Assembly: GCF_009914755.1 (NCBI RefSeq)
Contig: NC_060926.1
DNA from: the human T2T-CHM13v2.0 reference genome, Homo sapiens
DNA length: 64,000 bases
Strand: one strand, 5' to 3'
Shown here: piece after piece, positions 1-14,293 of the stretch
Numbering within the stretch: the first letter of the stretch is position 1
How the letters are laid out: every line of letters starts with the position of its first letter
The notes under the pieces: generated by a model
What the model saw: only the letters and a program-made list of their open reading frames with translations
What the model was told of the DNA's origin: nothing
The model's database searches: none
Made by a program: the position numbers and the translations under genes

Positions 1-467
1 TGCAGGCACTCAATGTGTAAAAGCAGATGGGAGGAAGGCTGTATCCTGCAAAGCCACAGGGGCAGAGCTGCCTAAAGCCATGGGAGCCCATCTCTTTCAT
101 CAGCGTGACCTGGATATAAGACATGGATTCAAAGCAGATCATTTTGTAACTGTAAGGTTTAATGACTGTCCTATTAGATTTCAGATTTACATGGGGCTGG
201 TAGCTCCTTTGTTTTGGCCAATTTCTCTAATTTGGAGTGGGTGTATTCACCCATTTCCTGTACCCCCATTGTGTACGGGAAATAACTAACTTGCTTTTGA
301 TTTTACATGATCATAGGTGGAAGGGACTTGCCTTGTCTGAGATAAGACCTTGGACTCTGGACTTTTGAGTTAATGCTGAAATGAGTTAAGACTTTGGGGG
401 ACGTTGGGAAGGCAAAATTGGTTTTGAAATGTGAGGACATGAGATTTGGAAGGGGCCAGGGGTGGAA
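1..467 (+). mobile_element. THE1-int (MaLR internal) 3' portion; runs off the window start
   Basis: Resembles the THE1-int 3' end. It finishes in a polypurine tract (GGAAGGGGCCAGGGGTGGAA) directly before an LTR starting TGATATGG. Confidence 0.85.
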
Positions 468-1157
<690 letters not shown>

Positions 1158-1359
1158 TGCTATGTGTAAATTATATACATATGAATATGTTCATGATTTA
1201 TTCTTTCAATGCTCTAATCTATACAAATTAGAAATAGTGTAATGAATTCCTGTCAGGGTTCATTTTACAGTTTCCTAGGATTATTGCTATAATTCTTCTC
1301 CCTTTATTTATTGAATCTTAGTGTCAAAATTCATTGGAAATTCTTGGGAAGAAACTCAC

Positions 1360-1361
<2 letters not shown>

Positions 1362-1394
<33 letters not shown>

Positions 1395-1422
1395 AGAGAG
1401 AGAGAGAAAGAGAGAGATAGAG
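1362..1422. repeat. (TG)n-(AG)n compound microsatellite
   Basis: Directly visible. Confidence 0.95.
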
Positions 1423-2601
1423 AATCCATTTGCATGTGCTGTTTATTTTCTAGAAATTCCTCTATTTCTGTCTCATTCTGACAATGCTATCTGGTTTATA
1501 GAGTGGCTCTGGATTGATTGTGTTTTTTCATTACCTTTTCAGTCATTTCTGCATTTTTATGTTTGTTTTAAGTCAGTTATCTTGAATTTGTAATCCTGCA
1601 CCCATCCCTTTTAAAATCCAGTTGGAATTTCTCTTGTTTCTTTTCCCTAAATGAATGTTTTTATATGCAGGGCCTTGTGGGAGGTTTGGTGCTTTAGAGC
1701 AGCAGTTAGGTAGGAGAAAGCAGGTCTCAAGAAGATACTGCCTTTATCAAAGTGCCTACCTAACTTGTGTATCACTTATTCACATAGGATATTTTGGAAA
1801 TCAGGTTTAGAAATTCTCTAGTGCTACTTAATAATATTCTTATTGGATCAAATGTATTTTAGAAATGTAAATCAAGGAAGGAGGTCAGTTTTGTTTTCCT
1901 GTACTAATTTTATTATTTTTATTTTTACATTACCCTTTCAGCACATCCCAGTTACTTTGGTTCAGGAGAAATTGCTATGTTGCCTTGGCAACATTTCATA
2001 TTTTGGGCAAAATTTATTGCTAAAAATTAAGCAATTTAACAAGCTTATAAAATATTACTTTGACCAAATGCTTTTTTATAGCACGCCAAGGGAAAGATGA
2101 GTGATGAACGAGACTATTATTCTTTTGTGACTATTTAAAGTACTGAAGTGAGAAATCTGCAGCTTGAAATAGAAAACAAATAAATGTAATCAATGTTCTC
2201 ATAGCAACAAATGCTCGAGCCATTGTGTTCGCTCATAAGCTACCATGGTACAGGAATGGTGTTGTGGGGTGATATTCATTGAAGTAAGTGACAACTACCC
2301 TTGTTTAGTTAGAAATACCACTATGGAATTATTAATTCTCCTACCTCTTTGATTCTTACTAAATATAATGTAGTCTTTCCAAGTCAAAAGTGTTTTGGAG
2401 TTTGCAGACCCATTATTTAACACTGATAATTTTATCCAAAATCATTCATTTTCATTTGCCATGGATTTTGGATTTTGTTGGGGATTGAGATGAGTAAGTA
2501 TTTTGAATCAATAAACACAGTCCCAATCTTGGCTAGACCAGCTGCTCACTTTGAGATCTTAAGAAGGCAAATCAGTGTATTTGGAGCTATTATAAGACTA
2601 A

Positions 2602-2603
<2 letters not shown>

Positions 2604-2641
<38 letters not shown>
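2604..2641. repeat. (TG)n microsatellite
   Basis: About 19 TG units, directly visible. Confidence 0.95.
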
Positions 2642-2642
<1 letters not shown>

Positions 2643-3599
2643 CCTAGATTTGGTAGGGGTACAATAAATGTTGCTTACTTTTTATTTTGTTTATATGAAG
2701 TATCAAGTAATCCTGCATTATTCATTCATTTATTTATTAATTAACTGAATTACCGCTTATTCAGAACTGAAGAGAAAAATAATAATATCATGGAGAAAGA
2801 GAGAAAAATGAGGGAAAATGGAAAGAAAGAAAGAAATATCAATTTGTGAAAGAAGGTCATGTGCATTCACAAAGGTTTTTATAAACTTACATACTAACAG
2901 ATCCAATTAGTTGTAAATTGCAAAAAACATTTAAAAATAAATAAAAGTAATGCTTTGGAAATAAATTCTAGGACTTCCAGTATAAACAAGGTTGACTGAT
3001 CCCAAGGATTTATTTCTATTCCTTTCCCAAATCCCACTGAAAGTACAGGAAAAAATGTGATTTGAGAATAAATTAAAAATAGCACCAGCAAGCTGGAAAG
3101 GTGCCATCAGCAAGCTAGAATAGATGGGAATTCAGAAAGTTACAAAGCAGATGCTATCAACTTGAGAGAGAAACCCAAGAGAACTGAGAAATCTGCTACC
3201 TCATAAAAATGAAAATGGAAACCTCCTAAAAAGCTGCATTTCCCTGGTGGAACATCATCAGAGGTGCTGTGGGCTGACCAAAGGGGTAGAACAAGTGGAA
3301 GAACTTCAATATTTGTTACATCATTCTCCAATTAAATTTGTGCATATAATTCTCCCAATAACCAGGGTGTTATTACCAAGGAGACTTGCAGAGTTGGCTC
3401 TGGGGCCAAAGTGGAAGAACAGTGAGAGCCACAGATTACTTAGGCCACCAGAAAGCAAATTATCATACCTAGAGTAAAAGATAAGCTACCCCCAATACTG
3501 GAAGAAAGGCTTCCTTGTGGTAAGCCTCACTTTCCCATACGGGGAAAAGGGAACCGGCTTTGGGCTTCCTGTGAAGCTCCGTTTTCTCTCATATACAAC

Positions 3600-3942
3600 C
3601 AACACTGTTCTCCTGATTAGCTCTTCTCTAATTCAACATTTCAGTGTCATCTTTTGGGGGAAGACTTCCATGACTACCCTACTTAAAGTAGACTCCTCTT
3701 TGTTATTCTCTAGCTCAGCTCTTGTTTTTTAAGTGCTTGTTATGAATTGAGATTATTTTATTTTATTGCTTGCTTATTTTACTGCAAATGGTTTATTTGT
3801 CTGTCTTCCACAATCAAAATGTGAGCTGTATCACTGTGACCTTGTTTTATGTCCATGGTACTATCCCCTTTCTTTCCCAGAGCTTGGCACAAAAAAAAAA
3901 ACTGCTCAACAACAGTTTGCTGACTGAATGAGTGAATGAATA
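3600..3942 (+). mobile_element. L2 LINE 3' end
   Basis: L2-type 3' motifs (GTTTATTTGTCTGTCTTCC, GAGCTTGGCAC, GCTCAACAACAGTTTG) ending in TGAATGAGTGAATGAA. Confidence 0.75.
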
Positions 3943-4433
3943 AGGCACTCATAAAACATTTCAAAATAAGCCACGTTTTTAGCTACAATAAAAGTATTTC
4001 CTTAGAAATAATATATGTTTTAGTAAGCAATGTAATACTCTAGAAATTATCTCAAAAAGATGACAAGAAATAAAACAAACAAAATCCACCTCTATCCAAC
4101 TAAGCCCCTTATAAGTTAACTCTAAAGGTAAAAACAATTTCTGCTGAAATTACAGATTTTAGAAATGAATGGAAAACACTGACTGCATACAAAAACTGAA
4201 GGAATGAGCCTTGGTACATATTTTTGAAAATATGAGTTTTTCAAAAAAAAAAAAGTTCACTTTGAGGAGCTAAGGTAGATGAAATAAAATTTAAAATACA
4301 AGAAACAATAAAAACAAGAAAACTAACTAAAGATTAAAAATGTAAAAATAGATTTTATAAATAAAACTAAAAGTTGGCTTTAGGGAAAGGAACAATAAAA
4401 TAACAAGGCTTTGGTATGTCTGATCAATATAGG

Positions 4434-5200
4434 TGTATTAGCTTGCTAGGACTGCCATAACAGAATATCACAGACTCGGGGGCTTAAACAATAGAAATTT
4501 GTTTTCTCACAGTTCTGGAGTCTGGAAGTTCAAGATCAATGTGTTAGTAGTTTTGGTTTCTCCTGAGGCTCCTATTCTTGCTTTGCAGATGGCTGTCTTC
4601 TCACTGCGTCCTCACATGGCCTTTTCTCTGTGTGCCCATATTCCTGGGGCCTCCTCCTGTATATACTAATCTTCTGTTTTCACAAGGATTCCAGTCAGAT
4701 TGGATTATGGTCCACCTGAATGGCCTCATTGATATGGTTTGGCTCTGTGTCCCCTCCCAAATCTCATGTCAAATTGTAATCCCCATGTGTTGGAGGAGGG
4801 GCCTGATGAGAGGTGATTGAATCATTGGGGGGACTTCTGCCTTGCTCTTCTCATGATAGTGAATGAGTTCTCACAAGATCTGATGGTTTAAAAGTGTTTG
4901 GCACTTCCCCTTTCACTCTGTCTCCTGCTCTGTCATGGTAAGACATGCTTGTTTCCCCATTGCCTTCTACCATGATTGTAAGTCAGGACTGTGAGTCAAT
5001 TGAACCTCTTTTCTTCATAAATTACCCAGTCTCAAGTAGTTCTTTATAGCAGTGTGAGAATGGACTAATATACACATTTTAACTTAATTCCTTCTTTAAA
5101 GTGACAATATGCAAATATAGTTATACTATTAAGTACTAGGGGGTTGGGACTTCAACATGTGAATTTTTTGGGGGAAGGAGACACAATTCAGTCCCTAGCA
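4434..5200 (-). mobile_element. MLT1B-like MaLR solo LTR, interrupted by MSTA
   Basis: TGTATTAG...GGCTTAAACAATAGAAATTT...CTCACAGTTCTGGAG start; ACACAATTCAGTCCCTAGCA end. Confidence 0.8.
4730..5072 (+). mobile_element. MSTA solo LTR nested in MLT1B
   Basis: TGATATGGTTTGGCTCTGTGTCCCC...GCAGTGTGAGAATGGACTAATA. 5-bp TSD CTCAT/CACAT. Confidence 0.85.
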
Positions 5201-6609
5201 TGAGGCAACAGATGTTAAGAAACTATATTAAGTGTTAGAAGAGGGTTAGAACCACATATGTGGATAATTTAAATATCTTATTAAATTACATTAAAATTTG
5301 TTATTTTGTGAACGATTCACTAAATCTCATAAAATGAATATGTCCAAACTTGATTAGTAAAACAGCATAAAACGTGAATTCTCTGCTAGTTCAAAAAAAA
5401 ACATAAATGGTAGCCAAATCTAATACACCATCCCTAGTTTTGCCCTTAAAGTTGCTAGACCCAGGCAACATCAAGTAACATGGTTTCTATGGATATATTT
5501 TTTTTCCAAAACAAAGAAAACAGAGTTTCTCAACATGCTGTATCAATCAGTGTAATATCCTTAACTCCTCACAATAAAACAAGAATGTTAGAAATATAAT
5601 ATCCCAAATTAATTCAAAATAATTACAAATATTCCAAATACACAGTTGTTTATGCAATCTAGCAGAGGACTAGAGGACTAGTACAACATACCTACGTAGT
5701 TATTCCAGAAATGCAAGGAGATTTAGCACTAGGCAATATGGTAAACTTAATTATATTAATAAATTAAAGTACACACAAAAAATTCAATAAAAGATAAAAA
5801 TATATTTGATATAACCTAGTAAGCCAGAAAAAGAAAATCATGTCCAAACTCGATAGAATGAAATATATGAGAAATATTATACTTAGAGTCACAATGTTAG
5901 GATCATTTTCTCTAAAGTAAATTAGTGAGTCTGGAAAAAGTCTAAATGTCCTAGCCAATTGAGTAAAGCAAGGAAAAGTGCGTATAGAGTAGATTTCTCT
6001 TTGAACAATATTCTCTCTGGGATACTGTTCTTTTAACATTGTAACCTTGACTTTAATATGCCTAAGTATTTGGGTATGTGTAGACAGACACACATATATG
6101 TATGTGTAAACATCCTTGCAACATATTTATATTTATATACACACATGCTTACTTTTGCACATACACAAGTTGTCTACCTAAATATGTAAATATTATTTGA
6201 AGTAGTTTATTTGGAAATTCATGAATCTAGTGACCATTTCGTCATATGTAAGTGTTTACATGCTTTAGAAACTACTACAGTGTAAAGCACAAACAAGGAT
6301 CAAAAAGCTATTTTTAATATAAGACCTTAATGGAAGTAGCCATCAGTAGTTTGTATTACAGGTCCTATTTGTGCCTGTGGCAGCCTCAAACCAAATAGTG
6401 ATGAGATATCTAAAGATCAGTTGAATGCTTATTACTAGACCTATATTTGCTCATGGCATCATTTGCTGTTTTAAATGTGTAAAATTATTCCAGTGTAAAA
6501 TACAAGCTGGTGAAAGGGCCTGGGGGTTCATCAACAACAATCTAACCCTACTCTTCTCAGAATGCTGCTTCTGATAACCATGCTAGTGTAGCACACACTT
6601 CTCATGTTA

Positions 6610-7464
<855 letters not shown>

Positions 7465-7610
7465 ACACAAGATAAAAAGGAATTTGAAGACTTAGGGAGT
7501 TATATAAAACAGATGTGAAATCTGAATAAACTATGACATACAGTGTTGTTAAGGCCTTGAGAATTACTCTCAAACAGAACTTACTGCAGATAGCTGTTAG
7601 TTTTAGGAGA

Positions 7611-7987
7611 TGTCTTAGTCTATTTTCTGTTGCTATAGCAGAATACCTGAGATAGGGTAATTTATAAGAGAAGAGTATTTTTTTTTTCTTATAGTTCTAG
7701 GGGCTGGAAAATCCAAGATCAGGCAGCCACATCTGGTAGGCTTCCGGTAAGGGTCTTGTGCTGTGTCATAACATGATGAGAGGCATCACAGGGTGAGAAG
7801 GCAGGAGGCTGCCACTTCAGTTTTCTCTTCCTTTACTTATAAAGCCATCAGTCCCATCATGGGAGCCCCACCTTGATGACTTTATCTAACCCTAATTATC
7901 TCCTAAAGGCCTCACCTTTTAACATCATTATAATGGGGATTAAGTTTCCCACACATGAAATTTGGGGTGCATATTCAAGCCATAGCA
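7611..7987 (-). mobile_element. MSTC/MSTD-like MaLR solo LTR
   Basis: TGTCTTAGTC...TGTTGCTATAGCAGAATACCTGAGA start; ATATTCAAGCCATAGCA end. Confidence 0.8.
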
Positions 7988-10900
7988 GGAATTACAATAA
8001 TTGGAATTTCTAACTCCCTGTATATAGGCTTTTCTTATACTTTTTCTATTATATAACAAATTGGTTTGGGACAGCCCTAGTAAGTTATCACATTCTTGTC
8101 TACAGCTTGCATGGCTTTGCTAGAAAACTAAGTTTCCCTTTGGCATGTAAAATTTTCAAAAAATGAGACTTTAAAAACACCACCCTAAAATTAGCTATAA
8201 AAAGGAAAATCTTCTTGCGAAACTATTTACCAAGAATTTATGACTCAAGATCAATATTCATCTCAGCAATGATATTTTGTAATTGATATCAAGTTGTATT
8301 AAAGTGCTTTCCATGTGGAGCTTCAGAAATCATTTGCTTTCACAAACTCCATTAATTCTAAGGAGTTTTATCTTTTCCCAAAATTTGTATAAACTTGCTT
8401 TGTTTTGTTATCTTCAGATTAAACCAGAAGCCAAAAGAAGGTCAGGGATGAGTGTGGAGAGAGGTAGGGAAGATTTCTGTACAAGAGGTTAAATTGAGGA
8501 ATTACAGTATGGAGTTTTATGTGAGTTAGATGGCATAAAGGTGATGAAATTCATAGATTTTTATAACTGGAAAGCTTATTATTTGAAACTGTATATCATT
8601 TTCCTAAAATATGTACTCCCTATATACAGATCTGTTTCAAATGTATAGTGTTTGTTAAAATATGTGCAGAACTATAATATCATACACATTACCCAAAGAA
8701 CCATATACTTCAACCTAAAGTGTTAGAATTATCCTACTGAGCAAATGACTCCTAGCAGAAGAAATAATGTTATATGAGCTATTTTTAAATAGTCGGATGT
8801 GTCACAGAAGCTCTTCAAGAAATACATATTTTAAAACCTAAGTTATATGTATATATAAAGTGTGTGCTAGTCCTCTAAATAGCATATCTTATACATAAAA
8901 TAGAAACTAGTTAATTTAAGCTCTTAAAATTTCATATAACAAGTCTGCTGGAAATTTTTGTAGAGTTTGGTGATGAGAACTTGGCACAGGGATTGGGAAT
9001 TTATGTTCTAAAGATGTCTTGGATTGCTTTATATGGCTCAAACCAATTGTGGTGGCTCCCTTTGCTTATTCAGGCAATGAGAAAAAAAAATCAGCCTTTC
9101 ATTTTCTGGATGCAATTTGAAAAATAAAACAAACTCTTTTATTGATGTTTTATAAGTCTCAATTTTTAAATTGAAAAAAAATAAATGCAAATAACTCTGT
9201 TAAAAAAAACCCTAAAGACTGAAATATGAAAAACCCAAGTCTACAGTATTAAAACAGCTCATAATTAAGGGTGCTATCTTAATCTATTCACAGTTGTTTT
9301 TCTGGGCTACATGAGGCACAGGCATTAAGAAGCACCTGTTAATAGGTTACCTAGGTTACTTCTACTCTAGTCAGGAGGAAGTGAACTTGCAGAGCTCTTT
9401 CGGTTTGGCTTGAAATGTCTTGAGCCTTGCTCAACCGCAGACATAGTCTCTGGAAAATGACCTCTTCATTGGAAGACAGGCTTCCCATTTGGTTTTCCCA
9501 CCATTAAGGAAAATTATACAATATGCAGAACTTTAGCAATAATGGATTCTGGGGAAAGGATGTTTAACTTTCCTGTCTCTGATATACAAAAATATAAAAT
9601 AAATGAAGATACTAAACGATTATATACAGCATGTATGTAGAATAAAAACAATGTATAAACTTATTTTTAATCATAAAGAGTTGACATATATACTGTAAAT
9701 TCTCCTCCATTTTTCACAGTTGATTGTTTTTTTGCCTCATTTGCTTTTTAGCCAATAGGAAATTTGTGATGCAGAGCTCTCAGGGGAAATATCTGTGGAA
9801 AGTAAGGAAAGGGAACAAGATTGGGCAGTGGAGTAATTTGGCCAAGGGAGTAAAAAGTGGCACCTAAGTGGTTCACTTGAGTGTGAAACATGTTCTTTCA
9901 TGCTCCCATTGTGTAATAGTAGCCAAACTTTCTCCAATGATCAGCGTCAGTAAATCACTTCAGAATGATGACTTTTCTATCTGCTAGTCCCTTGACATGA
10001 AGAGTTAAGTGCTCCTGTGGTATTTATAGTTTATAGTTCAATGAGATTCTTGCCAAATCTCTGGCTGAAGCATCCCCCAGCAGAATCATTCATTGTTTTG
10101 TTAGAAATTTGAGAGTTTTTAAAAGAATTTTCCAAACCAGAATATTTTGAGTAAAAAGGGGTAAATAATAATGGGCAAACTATGCTATCTGGTTACTATA
10201 ATCATGTATGACAGTATAAATAATTATGCAACTGTTGCTAGAGAAGTAAACCTGGTTTAATATAATAGCATATAAGGTTATATTTTAATGGAGTCAGGTT
10301 GATTTTTCTATACTTCCGTTATGTTATGTATGATTATGAATGGCAAATTAACATGAGGTATAGATCTTTTTGTGTATTATGTTAGAACATCTATGCAAAA
10401 CAAATATTTTGGTAGGTAGGTAAGCACTCAGGCCTTCTCAATTTTCACCATAATTCAAAAAAATCATTTTAGACTATGACTAATTTCATTTTCTCCAACT
10501 TATAAGAGAGCAAAACAAAGACAAAAGGAAAGAAATAATCCACTACAAATAAAGACATTCTTGCTTTGAGAATGTGATCTGAATGACTGCAAAGACAGAA
10601 TATTTTCCATGGAGTAGAGGACTTTTTTTATATTGCTCATCTGAATATTAATTGTCTTAATGCTTTGGAACATCTCAAAATGCTGAATGAATCAAAATTC
10701 CTCATTTGTGCAATGGAGGAATAAGAAGGAAAATTAAAAGATTATTATATTAAGAAATCATTAAGTTTATTGACATTAAAGTATTTATGAAAGTTACATA
10801 ATTATGCATATATAGGTGAAAAGAAATTGTTATTGTCTAAAAGTGTGGATGTAGTTGAAGTTATACTCACTGTTGACTGGGTATACAGGAAGAAACCAAT

Positions 10901-11729
10901 GACTGATTGGAATTTTCTGGGTGTAATCAAGCACTAAATGCACTTGCACTCTTGCACTTTAAAGACCAAAGTCTATAATTTTTGACTACTGAATTGCCTT
11001 TATAATTCTCATTTTCTCATATATTCTCTATTGCTTTCCAGTGTGTTTATTTTCTTAGTTTTTCTTTTCAATACAGCATCAAGTTAACTATCTCCAGTTC
11101 TTCCAGCTTCTGGGACAAATAAGGAAACTTTCCCCCAAAGTTAGTTTATTTGGGGTTATGTTTATAGGATATTGGCAAGTTGCCAGCATCTGCATGATAA
11201 ATGTGAATGTTATACTCTCCTGACATTTCTTACAAATGATTTGTTTTTAACTATAAAAGAGATGTATTCGTATGATCGAGTATTCTACATTTTGCATAAT
11301 TTTGGGGAATGAATATTCCTATTGTGCCAGACTAACAGGCACAGAATTTTCTGTGTGAGATTTGAAAAAACCTTGTGTTTTGCCCTTATTGATAGATGAA
11401 CTAAGTAACTGCAACAAAAAAGTAACCCAGTGATAATTACCACTTGTTTTGGATTCCAAATATTATTGTAGAAAAGTGACATCATCTCTACTGTCTGCTA
11501 TTAAATTATCATTATTTTTTCTTATTGTAACTTTGATGTAATTTAATATATTTTTTTCAAATAGGCTGCATCTCTAATTATGTATTTATAAGAGAATCTT
11601 CATTAAGGAGTTGTACTAGAAAATTTTAAACATTCAAACAATTTTTCCCAATTATTGAGTCTCAATAATAAAGTGCTTATTTGGTACTAAGAGCACTTAA
11701 AAGGCCTTGTCAAAAAAATCTATCATTCC

Positions 11730-12053
<324 letters not shown>

Positions 12054-12057
12054 TGTC

Positions 12058-12560
12058 TGATACCTGCTCCTCTTTGTACCTCTGGTAGAGTTCGGCTGTG
12101 AATCCGTCTGGTCCTGGGCTTTTTTTGGTTGGTAGTCTATTAATTAGTGCCTCAATTTCAGAACTTGTTAATGGTCTATTCAGGGACTCAACTTCTTCCT
12201 GGTTTAGCCTTGTGAGGGTGTATGTGTCCAGGAATTTATCCATTTCTTCTAGATTTTCTAGTTTATTTGCATACAGGTGTTTATAGTACTCTCTGATGGT
12301 AGTGTGCATTTCTGTGGGATCAGCGGTGATATCCCCTTTATCATTTTTTACTGTGTCTATTTCATTCTTCTCTCTTTTCTTCTTTATTAGTCTGGCTAGC
12401 GGTCTATCTATCTATTTTGTTAATCTTTTCAAAAACCAGCTCCTGGATTCACTGATTTTTTTTGAAGGGATTTTCGTGTCTCTCTCTCCTTCAGTTCTGC
12501 TCTGATCTTAGTTATATCTTGTCTTCAGCTAGTTTTTTTAATTTGTTTACTCTTGCTTCT
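12058..12560 (-). mobile_element. L1PA ORF2 fragment, inverted
   Basis: ORF 11953-12309(-) gives [28 protein letters not shown]...[12 protein letters not shown], the L1 ORF2 region between EN and RT. Confidence 0.95.
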
Positions 12561-12760
12561 GGACACACGGAGGGGAATATCACATACCAGGGCCTGTCAG
12601 GGCATTGGGGGCTATGGGAGGGATAGCATTAGGAGAAATACCTAATGTAGATGAGAGGTTGATGGATGCAGCAAACCACCATGGCACGTGTATACCTATG
12701 TAACAAACCTGCATGTTCTGCACATGTATCCCAGAACTTAAAGTATAATAATACAAAAAA
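12561..12760 (+). mobile_element. L1PA7-like 3'UTR terminal ~200 bp
   Basis: GGGAGGGATAGCATTAGGAGAAATACCTAATGTAGATGA...GCAAACCACCATGGCACGTG...CCCAGAACTTAAAGTATAAT. Confidence 0.9.
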
Positions 12761-14236
12761 CTATCATTCCTATTAGATAAAAATGCAGGAGATAGTTTTA
12801 GATGATAAAGCTAAGTCAAAGTCAGAGGTATAAACAAGCTAGCATTTCTTCAAAAGCATAGGTCACAAGTACTTTCAGATGGAATGATACACCTATTGGA
12901 GCAGTATACCTGGGATTCTCTTGAAAATTAAGGTTCATGTCTGTTATATAATTGCTTTGTGATCAGGAAACAATATATTATGAGATGTTTGGATTCTGCT
13001 AAAGTTACTAAATAAAAGATAGCTGATTATCTTCATCATTGGTGATGTAATTGGAAGTCAATTTTTTAATATTGGAAAATTCTTTGATTATTTAAATAGC
13101 ATGTTCCTTTTCACAGTACCACACCATCTTTTAAAAACTGCAAAAAATAAAGAGAAACTTAGCTGTTTCGTGCAATTTGATATAGATATAGACATACAAT
13201 GTGTAATGAATCAGGGTAATTGGAGTATCTATCACCTCAAACATTTATCATTTCTTTGTGTTAGTAACATTCCAGATCTTCTCTTCTAGCTATTTTGAAA
13301 TATACAGTAAATTATTGTTAAGTGTAGTCATGCTACTGTGCTATTGAACACTAGAGTGTATTTCTTCTAACTGTATTTTTGGACCAATTAACCAACCTCT
13401 GTTTATCTCCCTGTCCTCACTTTTCTCAGCCTCTGATAACCTTCATTCTACTTTCTACCTCCATGAGGTCAACTTTTTTAGCTCTCACATATGAGTGAGA
13501 GCATGCAAAATTTGTCTTTCTGTGCTTGGTTTATTTCACTTAACAAAATGTGCTCTAGTCCCACCCATGTTGTTGCAAATGACAGAATTTCATTTCTTTT
13601 CTTATGGTGAAATAACATTCCATTATGTATATGTACCATATTTTCTTTGTCCATTTATTCACTGATGGACAGTTAGGTTGATTTCATATTTTGGCTATTG
13701 TGAATACTACTGCAAGAAACATAACAGTGCAGATATCTTTTCAAATACTGATTTTCTTTCTTTTGAGTATATACCCAGCAATGTGATTGCTAGATCATAT
13801 GGTAGGTATATTTCTAGTTCTTTGAGTAACCTCCATACTGTTTTATATAGTGACTGTATTAATTTACATTCCTGCCAACAGTGTAAGAGTGTTCCCCCTG
13901 TCTGCATCCCCATCACCAACTGTTATTTTCTTTCATTTTGATACCATTTTAACTGGAGTGAGAAGATATGTCACTGATTTTGATTTGCATTTCCCTGATG
14001 ATTAGTGATGTTGAGCATTGTTAAATGTTATGTTCTTGTTGGTCATTTGTGTGTCTTCTTTTGAGAAATGTCAATTCAGATCATTTGCCCATTTTAAAAT
14101 CAAATTATTTGGGTTTTTTTTGTTTTGTTTTGGAGTTGAGTTTCTTGTATATTCTGGTTACTAATGCCTTGCCAATGGATAGTTTGCAAATATTTTCTCC
14201 CATTCTCTACATGCTCTAGGTTGTTCCTCACTCCGG

Positions 14237-14293
14237 ACTGCCTGCCTGCCTGCCTGCTTGCCTCCCTCCCTCCCTCCCTCCCGCCCTCCCTCC
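14237..14293. repeat. (GCCT)n-(CCCT)n tetranucleotide repeat within the L1
   Basis: Directly visible. Confidence 0.9.

Larger units (their letters stand above)
4150..5960 (+). mobile_element. Very old L1M (L1ME-like) ORF2 remnant, interrupted by MLT1B/MSTA
   Basis: A-rich degenerate ORF2-like sequence, e.g. ATAAAACTAAAAGTTGGCTT...ACAATAAAATAACAAGGCTTTGG (the [15 protein letters not shown] region). It resumes after 5200. Confidence 0.5.

Noticed and set aside
3083-3560. GC-richer block, possibly an old L1 5' region or LTR
   Set aside because: I could not assign termini or a family with confidence.
9740-9900. LTR16-like fragment
   Set aside because: Too short and degenerate to support.
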